Counted from the first letter of the stretch, positions 19,905 to 29,470 are shown. The stretch: 64,000 nucleotides of DNA from Anaerolineae bacterium (GCA_034432595.1 DAOUBT010000022.1:10600-74599); one strand, 5' to 3'. Made by a program: numbers and translations. The notes: generated from the sequence alone by a model not told the origin.

Positions 19905-21050
19905 ATGCGCCGGCGTCCGTGGTTCACCCGTAACCGCCGGGTAGCCCTGTTTGGGGCAGGGCTACCCCTGCTTCTCCTCCTGTTGGCAGCCTGTGCACGC
20001 CCTACGGCTACACCGGTTTTGGCTGATGTGGGTTATCTGTTGGCCGGGGCGAACACGTCAGAGGTCTTCGCGCGTCAGCGTCTGGCCCTTTTCGACGCCC
20101 GCGCCGCCGCAACCGACCCCGACGCGCCGCTCACCCCCACCCTCACGCGCGACCTGCCGCGGGCGCGCATCCGTCATCTTGCCCACGCACCCGATGGCAC
20201 GCTCTGGCTGGGCCTGAGCGGCGACTTTAACCGCGATGATGACCGCGTCCTGGTATATGCTGCGGATGGCACCCTGCTCAAAACGCTCCATCCCTGCACC
20301 AACCCCGATGCCGGCATCAATTTTGCCGCCGGACACGCCTTCATCGCCTGCGCGGAAAACGGTTTTGCGGGCAGCCTGGTGATGGTGGACATGGCCTCTT
20401 ACCAGACCGTGGCGCGCCTCCCGCTGGCCCTGGAGAACGCGCCCGCTTTGCTCACAGGCAGCGCCGCGGATGAGCAAACGGTCCTCATCACCACCATGAC
20501 AACCGGCCCGGACCCGCAACGCAGTTACGCCCACCTTTTCGTGGTGGATGCGGCAACCCTCACCCTGCGCGCCTCGCTCCCCTTAGGGCCGGATACGGAC
20601 GTGTGGACGGTGTTGCCCGGCGCGGGCCGTTTCTACCTGCTCAATGTAGCGAGCGCGCGCGCTACGGATACCCCTCGCCCCGACGTGTTCCTCTTCGACC
20701 CCCAAACCCAAAGCCTGGAAGCGCACACCCTGCCCATGGCGTCTCCCCTGTGGGGCGCGTTGCGGGGCAACCGCCTGTACACCTACCACCATCCGGGATG
20801 GAATACCACGCAGCCGCAGACCTGGCGCGCACTCTCCGCGGTGGATGTGAGCACCTGGCAGGGGGAAAGCTGGCCGTTACCCGACGCCTTCGACGCCGGC
20901 GCGCTGGCCATCTGGGATGAGCGCCCCTGTCTCACTTACGCCTCCCCCTGGGCAGTGGAGACGGAGCATGGCCTGTACTGCCTGAGCGAGGACGGCACGC
21001 TTAAGCTGCGCGTCGCATTTCCGGGCGCATCGGGAGTGTGGTTGCCTTAG
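19905..21050 (+). CDS. Hypothetical lipoprotein (beta-rich, possibly propeller)
   Basis: Signal peptide plus lipobox LLLAAC. No recognisable catalytic motif. Confidence 0.5.
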   Translation: MRRRPWFTRNRRVALFGAGLPLLLLLLAACARPTATPVLADVGYLLAGANTSEVFARQRLALFDARAAATDPDAPLTPTLTRDLPRARIRHLAHAPDGTLWLGLSGDFNRDDDRVLVYAADGTLLKTLHPCTNPDAGINFAAGHAFIACAENGFAGSLVMVDMASYQTVARLPLALENAPALLTGSAADEQTVLITTMTTGPDPQRSYAHLFVVDAATLTLRASLPLGPDTDVWTVLPGAGRFYLLNVASARATDTPRPDVFLFDPQTQSLEAHTLPMASPLWGALRGNRLYTYHHPGWNTTQPQTWRALSAVDVSTWQGESWPLPDAFDAGALAIWDERPCLTYASPWAVETEHGLYCLSEDGTLKLRVAFPGASGVWLP

Positions 21051-22192
21051 CGCTGCGCGTGCCAGACGCGGAAGCGCCCGTCGTTATACACCACATCGGG
21101 GGAGGAAAAGACCTCGCTGAGCCAGCTCTCATAGGGGAGAAAAGCATTGGCTACGAGGAAAAGCTCGCCGCCGCCGCGCAAACTGCGCGCCGCGTCGGCG
21201 ATGAACAGTTGCACGACCTCGAAATCCGTCGCGTGGCCGGTGTGGAAAGGCGGATTGGTCAGCACGACATCGAAAACGCCGTGGGGAACGCGTTCCGCGC
21301 CGTAAGAAAGCAGCACCTCGGCTTTGGCGAAGCCATTGGCGCGCAGCGTGCGCCGTGTCGCCTCCACCGCCCGCGCCGAGACATCCACCGCCGTCACCTT
21401 TGCCCCGCGCCGCAGGGCCGCCAGCGCCACCAATCCCGCACCGCAGCCCAATTCCAGCACGCGCTGATCGGGCGCCACGCGCATCCCGGCGATGAGCGCG
21501 GCAGCGCCCTCATCCAGGCGTCCGGCGGCAAAAACGCCCGGCGCACTTTCCACCAGCGCCGGCTTGCCGTCCACAGTCACGGCGTGCCGCGTCCACGCCA
21601 CCTCCGGCACGGGGAAATCGCCCGCCCGACGCATGGCCATCAGCACGTGGTAACCGGCTTTGCGCGCCACCACGCCAGCCTGACCCAGGAGCTGAGCAGC
21701 GCTGTGCAGCGCAGCGCGCACCCCCTCGCGCGTTGCTCCCACGGCGTAAAGACGTCCGCCCTCCCGCAAGACCGCCGCGCTCAGGGCCAGCAGCTCATCC
21801 TGGTGCGCTGTGCCGCGCGGTAAATGCAACAGCACCGTATCGAAACTCGCGGCTTCGGCCCAGCTAAAATCGGCGCTAACGTGAGTCAGGGGAAAGCGTA
21901 TCCGATTATTAAAGAAAGTCGCCTCCACACTAAGCGCCTCGGCGCGGCTATCCGTCCAGCAGGTCACCTGCGCGCCGCGCAACGTCGCCCAAAGCGCCGT
22001 GCCGCTCAGGCCCGGTCCGGCCACCAACACCCGTTCCGCTTCCAGATGCCGTGCCGTGCGCGTCAGGAGGGCGGTCGCCGTTCCGGCATCCGGTACGCCC
22101 GGCAGGCGCAGCACGGTCAGATTCCCTTCCGCCGTCGCACACGAGGATTGTATCCACGGTAACATGCCACCATGCCTGATTACCATAGCCAC
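21047..22192 (-). CDS. Class I SAM-dependent rRNA (guanine-N2) methyltransferase, RsmC/RlmG family
   Basis: VLTNPPFHTG catalytic motif; SAM-binding LELGCGAGLVALAA. Start codon uncertain (GTG 22192 or ATG 22186). Confidence 0.75.
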   Translation of the reverse strand: MAMVIRHGGMLPWIQSSCATAEGNLTVLRLPGVPDAGTATALLTRTARHLEAERVLVAGPGLSGTALWATLRGAQVTCWTDSRAEALSVEATFFNNRIRFPLTHVSADFSWAEAASFDTVLLHLPRGTAHQDELLALSAAVLREGGRLYAVGATREGVRAALHSAAQLLGQAGVVARKAGYHVLMAMRRAGDFPVPEVAWTRHAVTVDGKPALVESAPGVFAAGRLDEGAAALIAGMRVAPDQRVLELGCGAGLVALAALRRGAKVTAVDVSARAVEATRRTLRANGFAKAEVLLSYGAERVPHGVFDVVLTNPPFHTGHATDFEVVQLFIADAARSLRGGGELFLVANAFLPYESWLSEVFSSPDVVYNDGRFRVWHAQR

Positions 22193-23412
22193 ACCGTGAC
22201 CTCAGTCCCTTCCGGAAGAGCGGGGGCGTGCGCCGGCAAGCGCACCAACCCGGAAGAGCGCACCAGGTTAAAGATGAGATTAGAAGCCCCTTCCACCGGC
22301 TCGGCCTGCAGCCCCTCCGCCGTTTCGTACAGGCGCACTGGCACGAACCGCTCGCGCGCGCCGGTCGGCGCGATACCTCGCATCAGGCGCGCCCTGGCCT
22401 CACCCACGCGCGGCGCATCCGCTCCCTGCAGATGCCAGATCAGCGGGCGCAGGAAAAGCCAGGCTGAAACTAAAGCCGAAACCGGATTCCCCGGCAGCCC
22501 AATGACGGGCTTGCCGTTGCACACGGCTAACGTGGTAGGCCGCCCCGGTTGAATGGCAACGCCGCGCACGAGCACACCCGGCGCACCGAGCGCCTCAATG
22601 ACGCGCGAGGCGTAATCGCGATCGCTCACCGAGCCGCCCGCCATCAACACCAGCACATCATTAACCTCCAAAATGGCATGAGCTGTATCCAACAGCGCCG
22701 TGTAATCATCGGGGATGATGCCATAACCTGTCGCCTCGGCGCCGTGCCATCGCATCAGTGCCGCTACACTCGTGCTGTTGATGTCCCGCACCTGATTCGG
22801 GCCGGGCATTTGCTTGGGTGGGACGAGTTCATCGCCGGTCGCCATCACCCCCACGCGCACCGGACGCGCCACCTCAACGTCCAGCACACCGTAAGCCGCC
22901 AATCCGGCCAACTCCTGCGGGCGCAGAATATGACCGGGCGCCATGACCACCTCGCCGGTTTGCACATCCGCTCCCAGGGGGATGATGTTCTCGCCGGGTG
23001 CGACCGCGCGCACGACCTGCACCGTCTGCGCGTCCATGGGGCGGGTATCTTCGAGCATCACCACCGCATCGGCGCCCGTGGGAATCATCCCGCCGGTGTG
23101 GATGAGCACTGCCTCGCCCTCCCCCACGCGCAGATCGGGCGCGTCGCCCATGCGCAGCTCGCCGACGATGACCAGAGCCACCGGCGCATCGGACGCAGCA
23201 GAACTGACATCCGCAGCGCGCACGGCATACCCATCCACGGCGGAGCGTGGAAAAACGGGCATGGGATGCGGGGCGATGACGGGTTGCGTCAGCACGCGCC
23301 CCAAAGCCGCATGCCAGGTTAACCGCATCACGTCCAACGGACCGCGTGGAATAGCTTCCAGCCAGCGGCGCAATGCCTCTTCCCGTTCCGTCAGATTCCA
23401 GATGTGTACCAT
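22180..23412 (-). CDS. moeA: Molybdopterin molybdotransferase MoeA
   Basis: MoeA N, MoCF-biosynthesis and C-terminal domains (GENIIPLGADV...VLVLMAGGSVSDRDY). ATG at 23412. Confidence 0.85.
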   Translation of the reverse strand: MVHIWNLTEREEALRRWLEAIPRGPLDVMRLTWHAALGRVLTQPVIAPHPMPVFPRSAVDGYAVRAADVSSAASDAPVALVIVGELRMGDAPDLRVGEGEAVLIHTGGMIPTGADAVVMLEDTRPMDAQTVQVVRAVAPGENIIPLGADVQTGEVVMAPGHILRPQELAGLAAYGVLDVEVARPVRVGVMATGDELVPPKQMPGPNQVRDINSTSVAALMRWHGAEATGYGIIPDDYTALLDTAHAILEVNDVLVLMAGGSVSDRDYASRVIEALGAPGVLVRGVAIQPGRPTTLAVCNGKPVIGLPGNPVSALVSAWLFLRPLIWHLQGADAPRVGEARARLMRGIAPTGARERFVPVRLYETAEGLQAEPVEGASNLIFNLVRSSGLVRLPAHAPALPEGTEVTVWLW

Positions 23413-23642
23413 GATACCCTCCACAAGGCGAGCTGGATCCTCACCTGACCTGTCATGTGAGCGCAAAGCAGGTCAAGACTTATGCCACTATTATAGCGCG
23501 ATTTGAGAAGCGAAAAGTATGGAGCGTTGGGATCCTCAAAAGGTCACGGGCGGCACACACCGAAGGGCGACTTCGTGCGTCTCCAGAGTCCGCTGGGAGC
23601 TGGCTGTTTTGCCAAAAGAGGCACCCCTTCATTCCTTTCAAA

Positions 23643-23697
23643 GGGTAGGCGAAGACAATGCCTTCGCCTACCCAAGGCAATGCCTTCGCCTACCCCC
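23643..23697. repeat. 2.5 tandem copies of a ~22-bp palindromic unit (ggtaggcgaagRcaatgccttcgcctaccc). Same family as the array at 58961-59114.
   Basis: Direct reading. Core ggcgaaggcaatgccttcgcc is a near-perfect palindrome. Confidence 0.7.
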
Positions 23698-23825
23698 GGT
23701 AACGGGTATGCGGTTCCCTTTATCAAAAATTCAGGGGTGGATGAACCACCCCACACCGCCCTGCAAGGCCACCGGACAGGCAGGCGGTAAAAGGTGGCTC
23801 CATCTTAAAATTCCCCGCGCCCCGC

Positions 23826-23859
23826 TTGACTCTTCCCCCGCCCGTGGTATGCTTGCCCT
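23826..23859 (+). promoter_or_regulatory. Sigma70-like promoter upstream of yhhQ (TTGACT - 16 bp - TATGCT)
   Basis: cttgactcttcccccgcccgtggtatgct read directly, about 60 nt upstream of the AGGAGAG SD and ATG. Confidence 0.4.
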
Positions 23860-23914
23860 TTGCGGTCCTTGACATAAGGATGAGATCACCTTTTCAGGAG
23901 AGGTTTACAAAACG

Positions 23915-24553
23915 ATGCAGGAACAAAAAGAAACCACAACCCTGGCTCAGGCGGGCATTCTCGTCATTGCCGCCTATATCGCCGCGCAGATGCTCTCCGA
24001 CGTTGGCAGCCTGAAAATCGCCATCGTCGGCGGCATGAGCATTGACGGCGGCACTTTCATCTACCCCATCACCTTCACCCTGCGCGATATGATCCACAAG
24101 CGCCTGGGACACACGGCGGCGCGTACCGTCATCATCGCTGCAGCTGTCATCAACCTGATCATGGCTGCTTACTTCGCCTTCCTGACCACCCTCGCTCCCG
24201 ATCCCACCTGGCCGCTGCAGGAAGCCTTTGCCAGCATCCTTGCTCCGGCCTGGCGCATCGTCGTGGCGAGCATCATCGCCGAAGTGGTGGCCGAGCTGCT
24301 GGATACGGAAATCTATCACCTGTGGGTCACGCGCATCACCCGCCGTTACCAGTGGGCGCGCGTCCTTTCAAGCAACGCGCTCAGCGTGCCCGTAGATAGC
24401 CTCATCTTCTGCTGGTTGGCCTTTGGGGGCACCCTCCCCGCGGCGACCGTGTGGTCCATCGTGTGGGCCAACATCCTTGTAAAGGGCATCACCACCCTCA
24501 TCAGCCTGCCCGGGATCTATCTGGTGCGCGAAGAAGCGACGGCACAGGCATGA
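23915..24553 (+). CDS. yhhQ: Queuosine precursor transporter (YhhQ/COG1738 family)
   Basis: Six TM segments; family-typical SVPVDSLIFCWLAFGG and DTEIYHLW motifs. Stop overlaps the era ATG (ATGA). Confidence 0.8.
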   Translation: MQEQKETTTLAQAGILVIAAYIAAQMLSDVGSLKIAIVGGMSIDGGTFIYPITFTLRDMIHKRLGHTAARTVIIAAAVINLIMAAYFAFLTTLAPDPTWPLQEAFASILAPAWRIVVASIIAEVVAELLDTEIYHLWVTRITRRYQWARVLSSNALSVPVDSLIFCWLAFGGTLPAATVWSIVWANILVKGITTLISLPGIYLVREEATAQA

Positions 24554-25560
24554 ACGAAAAGCACGAGACCCGCGACCTCATCGAACGCTTCCTGGCCGAA
24601 ACCGGTGACGTGACGGGCGAGAGCGCCGGCGCAGACTGGCACGACGCGCCCCTCCCGCCCGGCCACAAATCCGGCTTTGTGGCGGTCATCGGACGGCCCA
24701 ACGTGGGCAAGTCCACCCTCATCAACGCCTTAATAGGGCAAAAAGTGAGCATCGTCTCGCCCAAACCGCAGACGACGCGCACGCGCATCATGGGTGTGCT
24801 GACACAGCCTGATTATCAGCTCATCTTCGTGGACACGCCCGGCATCCATCGCCGTGCTGAGCACCGCTTGGGGCGACAGCTCAACGAAAACGCCCTTGCT
24901 GCTTTGCCCGATGCGGATGTCATCCTTTTCGTCGTGGACGTGAGCCAACCGCCCCACCCCGACGACATGCGCGTGGCGGAAGTGCTGCGCGAAAAAGCCA
25001 CGCAACGCCCGGTCTTCTTCGTGCTCAACAAGATGGACCAGCTCGCTATGGAGAAAGCCGAAACGCACATTACCGCCTATTGGGCGCTTTACCCTCAGTA
25101 TGCCGATTCCATGCCGGTCAGCGCGCTCAAGGGCACCAACCTGGAGCGCCTGTTAGAGCATCTCCTGCGCTTCGTGCCCGAAGGTCCGCGCTACTTCCCA
25201 CCCGATCAGCTCACCGATCAGACCGAACGGCAAATCGCAGCGGAACTCATCCGCGAGGCGGCGCTGCGCTACACACGCGAGGAAATCCCGCACGCCTTAG
25301 CCGTCATCGTCGAGGAGTACCTCGAACAGCCCAACGGCGTCACGCACATCACCGCCACCCTGTGGGTTGAACGGGACTCGCAGAAGCCCATCGTCATCGG
25401 CAAGGGGGGCGACATGCTCAAGCGCATCGGCACCGCGGCGCGGCACGAGCTGGAGCGCTTTATCGGGGGGCAGGTGTATCTGGAGCTATGGGTCAAAGTG
25501 CGCCCGAAATGGCGCAACAACGAACGCGATTTGAAAGAAGCAGGCATCGTCGAGCGGTAA
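24550..25560 (+). CDS. era: GTPase Era (with a ~35-aa N-terminal extension)
   Basis: G1 GRPNVGKST, G3 DTPG, G4 NKMD. C-terminal KH domain (VERDSQKPIVIGKGG). Confidence 0.9.
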   Translation: MNEKHETRDLIERFLAETGDVTGESAGADWHDAPLPPGHKSGFVAVIGRPNVGKSTLINALIGQKVSIVSPKPQTTRTRIMGVLTQPDYQLIFVDTPGIHRRAEHRLGRQLNENALAALPDADVILFVVDVSQPPHPDDMRVAEVLREKATQRPVFFVLNKMDQLAMEKAETHITAYWALYPQYADSMPVSALKGTNLERLLEHLLRFVPEGPRYFPPDQLTDQTERQIAAELIREAALRYTREEIPHALAVIVEEYLEQPNGVTHITATLWVERDSQKPIVIGKGGDMLKRIGTAARHELERFIGGQVYLELWVKVRPKWRNNERDLKEAGIVER

Positions 25561-25568
25561 GCGCCCGG

Positions 25569-26534
25569 CTACGGCATCCCCAACACCAGCACCTCTAACG
25601 CCAGTTGGGGATTCACGCTCGCCTCCAGATCATCCAGGGTTTGGGCCAGGGCTTGCAGCACCTGCACAGTTTTTTCGGGGCTGATGCGCGCCGCAAGCGC
25701 GCGCAGCTCCATCTGGTATTCACGCCAAGTAATCGCCTCCACGCCCTGTTGGAGCAGCAGCACATCCCGCCAGGCGCTGCGCCAGGTCTCCAGCAGGGCC
25801 GGCAGCGCGGAAGGCTCTTTAGCCACCGTTTCGGCCAGGCTTAAGCGTGCGGGCAAGTCGGCGTGCAGGACGTCCAGAAGCTGCTCCAGCGCCTGCGCGG
25901 CCTGTATGGCACGATTGGGGTGCACGGCCCACCCCACACGTCCGCCGGAGAGGCGCGCCAGGCGATCCGCCTGTGCCTCCTCCATCCCCCAGCGCGTCAC
26001 CAAAGCCTGACGCAGCTCCTCACGCGGGACGGGACGCAAAGCCAGCACCGCCGCGCGCGAAACAATCGTGGGCAACAGCGCTTCCGCTTCCAAAGCCAAC
26101 AGCACCAGATGCGCGTAAGCCGGCGGTTCCTCCAGCGTTTTGAGCAGCGCGTTCGCAGCCGCATCAGTAGCGCTCTCGAAATGCGCAATCACCGCCACCC
26201 TGCGCCCGCCCGCCACCGGACGCAGGCGCAACACGCGCTCCAGTTCCCGCAGCGCACCGATCTTAAGCGCCCCACCCTCTTCTTCCGGCGCGACCAGAAT
26301 AAGATCGGGGTGTGTGCCGTTGAGCACACGGCGGCAGGCGGCGCACGTGCCACAGGGACGCTGATACCCATCCGTAGCCTGACACAAAAGCGCCTGAGCA
26401 AAAGTCAAAGCCAGGGTCGTTTTTCCCACCCCATTCGGACCGGTGATCAGCAAGGCATGCGGGACGGCATCTTCCACAATAGCCCGTTGCAGGCGTTCCA
26501 CAGCCCAGGCATGTCCCACGATAGGCCAACTCAT
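25569..26534 (-). CDS. holB: DNA polymerase III subunit delta-prime
   Basis: HALLITGPNGVGKTT Walker A, Zn-module CGTCAACRRV, SRA motif TIVSRA. Confidence 0.8.
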   Translation of the reverse strand: MSWPIVGHAWAVERLQRAIVEDAVPHALLITGPNGVGKTTLALTFAQALLCQATDGYQRPCGTCAACRRVLNGTHPDLILVAPEEEGGALKIGALRELERVLRLRPVAGGRRVAVIAHFESATDAAANALLKTLEEPPAYAHLVLLALEAEALLPTIVSRAAVLALRPVPREELRQALVTRWGMEEAQADRLARLSGGRVGWAVHPNRAIQAAQALEQLLDVLHADLPARLSLAETVAKEPSALPALLETWRSAWRDVLLLQQGVEAITWREYQMELRALAARISPEKTVQVLQALAQTLDDLEASVNPQLALEVLVLGMP

Positions 26535-27067
26535 ACGTCCTCCTCTATCCAGGCGAACAGCTCCGCGAAAAGCGCGTCACGTTGCTCCGCCCTGACGCGC
26601 GCGATGGTGAAGATCGGCCCCGGCAAACGCTGCAAGGCTACGCCGAGCAGCTCAGGACGCACGACAATGACGCCACGGCGATAGCTCAACGCCGGCAGCG
26701 CCTCAAGCAGCGACGCCCATCCTTGCTGGTATACCAGCTCCAGGGGGCCAATTTCATCCAGGAAAAAAACCTCAGCCGGGAAACTGCGCCGAAAGGCCTG
26801 CGCGCTTGCTTCCATGGCCACGGGATCGAAGTGGTAGTGCAACATCAACGCAGGGGAAGACGGCACCGTGGACGGGTGCGTGAGGCGGTACACCTCATCG
26901 GTAGCCAGATCCAGCGCCTCCAGGGTAGATTCGTCCGTGCGGCGGGTGATCAAGCCCGCCACGCGCACGGCGTGCGAACGCAACGCCTCGGCCAAACGCA
27001 GGCAGAGCGTCGTTTTGCCGACGCCACGTTCACCAGTGATGAATAGCAAACGAGATGATGGATTCAT
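26531..27067 (-). CDS. P-loop NTPase of the THEP1-like family
   Basis: LFITGERGVGKTT Walker A and VFFLDEIGPLEL Walker B. ATG 27067. The stop overlaps the holB ATG. Confidence 0.55.
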   Translation of the reverse strand: MNPSSRLLFITGERGVGKTTLCLRLAEALRSHAVRVAGLITRRTDESTLEALDLATDEVYRLTHPSTVPSSPALMLHYHFDPVAMEASAQAFRRSFPAEVFFLDEIGPLELVYQQGWASLLEALPALSYRRGVIVVRPELLGVALQRLPGPIFTIARVRAEQRDALFAELFAWIEEDV

Positions 27068-27123
27068 ATGCCAGTTCAGGTGGATGCAACGCACAGGGCC
27101 GGGCGAACCCGGCCCTGCAACAA

Positions 27124-27524
27124 GGTGGAGATGGCGGGAATCGAACCCGCGTCCGAAGAATTCGACTGACCACATCTACGAGCGTAGTCGGCCCTTGTGA
27201 CTTCGCCCGGGGGGTCGCTGCCGACCGCGTCCGATCCGGGCTAACCGATAGCCTTAGCCGTGCCTATCGGTATCAGCACGGGTGCACGACGACTCTCTCA
27301 CGCCTAACTCCGCCACGCCGTCGAGATGGCGGAGGGGCGTGACCGCATCCTCGCGGTCAGGTCTTGGACGTAAGTCCCGTTACGGCCTTAGGCCGCAACA
27401 GGGACAGCCGCCCAATTGTAAGCTACAGGGTTGGCACTTATAAGTTGCTCCTGAGATTACGGGGTCGGAGCCACCCCGGCTCGCCGTGTTCAGCCAGCCT
27501 TCCCCGTCGAAACCTGTCATCCCC
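27124..27524 (-). ncRNA. ssrA: tmRNA (ssrA), about 400 nt, with predicted tag ANPVAYNWAAVPVAA
   Basis: 5' end GGGGAUGACAGGUUUCGACGGGG pairs with 3' CAUCUCCACC, with a G3-U wobble in the acceptor stem. T-arm GGACGCGGGUUCGAUUCCCGCC. Resume region UAUAAGU-GCC-AAC... ends GUU-GCG-GCC-UAA. Terminal A of CCA is not encoded. Confidence 0.85.
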
Positions 27525-27752
27525 TTATATTTTTATTATACCATGAAAGCCTCGACTGCAAAGACCAGGGCTTCATAGACAATGGTTGTCTCTTGAAAAG
27601 TGATGCTGACCATCCAAGGGCTTACTTACTCTACCCCAACCAGGATAGACAGCCTTTCAAACGTCCGGGCGGCCGCCCCACAAACGCCCGGCAGAAAGGC
27701 ATGGTCCCGTCCATGCAGGCGGACAAGATGGAAAGGATAGCTTGCACGTCAC

Positions 27753-27872
27753 TGATAAGGTAACTGCCTACCCTCGTCGGTCGGCAGGCCCATTGCTCCC
27801 CTGATCTCCCCCTCCCCTCTCCTGGCCTTCGGCCAGGAGAGGGGAGGGGTGATGTAGGCAGTTACCTGATAA
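27753..27872. mobile_element. MITE-like element: 13-bp terminal inverted repeats (ggtaactgcctac / gtaggcagttacc), 6-bp flanking direct duplication TGATAA, and an internal perfect 19-bp hairpin
   Basis: Direct reading. Left end ctgataa|ggtaactgcctac at 27752-27771; right end gtaggcagttacc|tgataagg at 27854-27874. Internal cccctcccctctcctggcc-ttc-ggccaggagaggggagggg. Confidence 0.4.
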
Positions 27873-28037
27873 GGGCAAATTCCATCCCTGCGGTAGGAAG
27901 CTCTATGTCTCACCGATAGAGGCTACCTGGCGTCCCCCATGGCGCGACGAAGCGCCATCCCTCTCACGAAATTTGTTGATATATCACCAATTTTTCCTAT
28001 TCACCAATACCAAGCGCTTTGCAAACGGCCTGGCCTA

Positions 28038-28066
28038 TTGACAAAGTTGTTAAAAAATGTTAATAT
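28038..28066 (+). promoter_or_regulatory. Consensus-like sigma70 promoter for the ABC uptake operon (TTGACA - 17 bp - TAATAT)
   Basis: ttgacaaagttgttaaaaaatgttaatat in an AT-rich tract, about 60 nt upstream of the AGAGGAGG SD and ATG at 28129. Confidence 0.55.
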
Positions 28067-28128
28067 CTGAGCGGTTTCAAATCCAGTGAAACCAAATTCA
28101 TTTCAATCTCTTTCAAGAGGAGGAGAGC

Positions 28129-29427
28129 ATGAAGAATCGCTGGTTTGTGTTCCTGTCCCTGATTCTGGTGGCGGGCATGCTGTTGACCGCATGCAAGCCG
28201 ACGGCCACCGCCACCCCGACCACCGCTCCGACGGAGAAGCCGACCGAGCAGCCGACGGAGAAGCCGACCGAGCAGCCCACGGCCGAGCCGCAGACGGTTG
28301 AGATCACGATCTGGCATCAGTGGGACGGCAAGTACCTCGAGGCCATCACGCAGGCCTTCAAGGATTACGAAGCCGCGCACCCCGGCGTCAAAATCAACCT
28401 GGACAAGCCCGAAGATGTGGCTTCGGCCCTGAACGTCGCCATCCCGGCGGGTGAGGGTCCCGACATCATCGGTTGGGCGAATGACAAGATCGGTGAGCAG
28501 GCGCTCGTCGGTAACATTGTCGCCCTCGATGACTATGGCATCACCAAGGAATTCCTGCAGAGCACCTACGAGCCGGCTGCGGTTGCGGGTGTGATGTGGA
28601 AGGGCAAGATTTGGGCGCTGCCCGAGACGCAGGAAGGTATTGCGCTGGTTTACAATGCTGACCTGGTGACCGAGGAATATCTCCCCACCGATCCCCTGGA
28701 CTTCAACGCCCTCCTGGCTAAGGCCGAGAAGTTCCAGCAGGATACCGGGAAGGTCCTGATCTGCAATCAGGGTTTTGGTGGTGCTGACCCCTACCACCTG
28801 GCCCCGATTTACTTTGGTCACGGCGTCCCGTCCTATGTTGATGACGAGGGCAAGGGCTACCTGAACACGCCCGAAATGGTCGCCGGTGCCGAGTTCCTGC
28901 TGAAGCTCAAGCAATACTCCCTGAACGAGAACAGCTACGACATCTGCATGGCTTCTCTGAAGGAAGGGAAGGTCGGCATGTGGTGGACGGGCCCGTGGGC
29001 CATCGCCGGCATCGAAGAGAGCGGCATCAACTACGGCATTGCGGCCATGGGTCGCCCCTTCGTTGGCATCAAGACCCTGATGATGACCAAGAACGCTGTG
29101 GATCGCGGCAAGACCGAGGTTGTGCTCGACGTCATGAAGTACTTCACGAGCGCCGAGGTGCAGAAGAAGCTGGCCCTGGTCAACAAGACCATCCCGGCGG
29201 CAACGGCGGCCCTGCAGGATCCTGAGGTTGCCCAGCTCAAGACCGTGGTGGGCTTCGGTAAGTCCCTGAACCTGGGTATCCCGATGTCCCCGTCCCCCTA
29301 CTCTTCCGCGCAGTGGGGTCCGGTTGGCGATGCTTCTGTGGCAGTCTGGACGGGCGCTCAGACCCCGGCCGAGGCTATGGCGGCTGCCGAGCAGGCTCTG
29401 GAAGCAGCTATCGCGGCGATGAAGTAA
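28129..29427 (+). CDS. ABC transporter substrate-binding lipoprotein, maltose/maltodextrin-type (SBP family 1)
   Basis: Signal peptide plus lipobox LLTAC; PTEKPTEQ linker repeats; KITIWHQWDG...GPDIIGWANDKIGE MalE-like motifs. Confidence 0.85.
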   Translation: MKNRWFVFLSLILVAGMLLTACKPTATATPTTAPTEKPTEQPTEKPTEQPTAEPQTVEITIWHQWDGKYLEAITQAFKDYEAAHPGVKINLDKPEDVASALNVAIPAGEGPDIIGWANDKIGEQALVGNIVALDDYGITKEFLQSTYEPAAVAGVMWKGKIWALPETQEGIALVYNADLVTEEYLPTDPLDFNALLAKAEKFQQDTGKVLICNQGFGGADPYHLAPIYFGHGVPSYVDDEGKGYLNTPEMVAGAEFLLKLKQYSLNENSYDICMASLKEGKVGMWWTGPWAIAGIEESGINYGIAAMGRPFVGIKTLMMTKNAVDRGKTEVVLDVMKYFTSAEVQKKLALVNKTIPAATAALQDPEVAQLKTVVGFGKSLNLGIPMSPSPYSSAQWGPVGDASVAVWTGAQTPAEAMAAAEQALEAAIAAMK

Positions 29428-29440
29428 ACTTCGCAAAACA

Positions 29441-29470
29441 AGGAGGGAGAGTCTTGTGACTCTCCCTCCT
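29441..29470 (+). terminator. Perfect 13-bp stem-loop (aggagggagagtc-ttgt-gactctccctcct) between the SBP and permease genes. Intra-operon attenuator or terminator.
   Basis: Direct reading. Followed by uacuu + A8 on the plus strand and a U-rich tract on the opposite strand. Confidence 0.4.

Noticed and set aside
23700-23760. preQ1-I riboswitch call upstream of yhhQ
   Set aside because: Only an A-rich tail-like tract with a 3-bp stem. The loop length and P1 do not fit the consensus, and it is far from the SD. Kept as a low-interest finding to be tested by CM scan.
26868-27342. ORFs 26868-27200 and 27055-27342 on the plus strand
   Set aside because: They overlap the tmRNA gene, whose acceptor/T-arm and 5' end are unambiguous.
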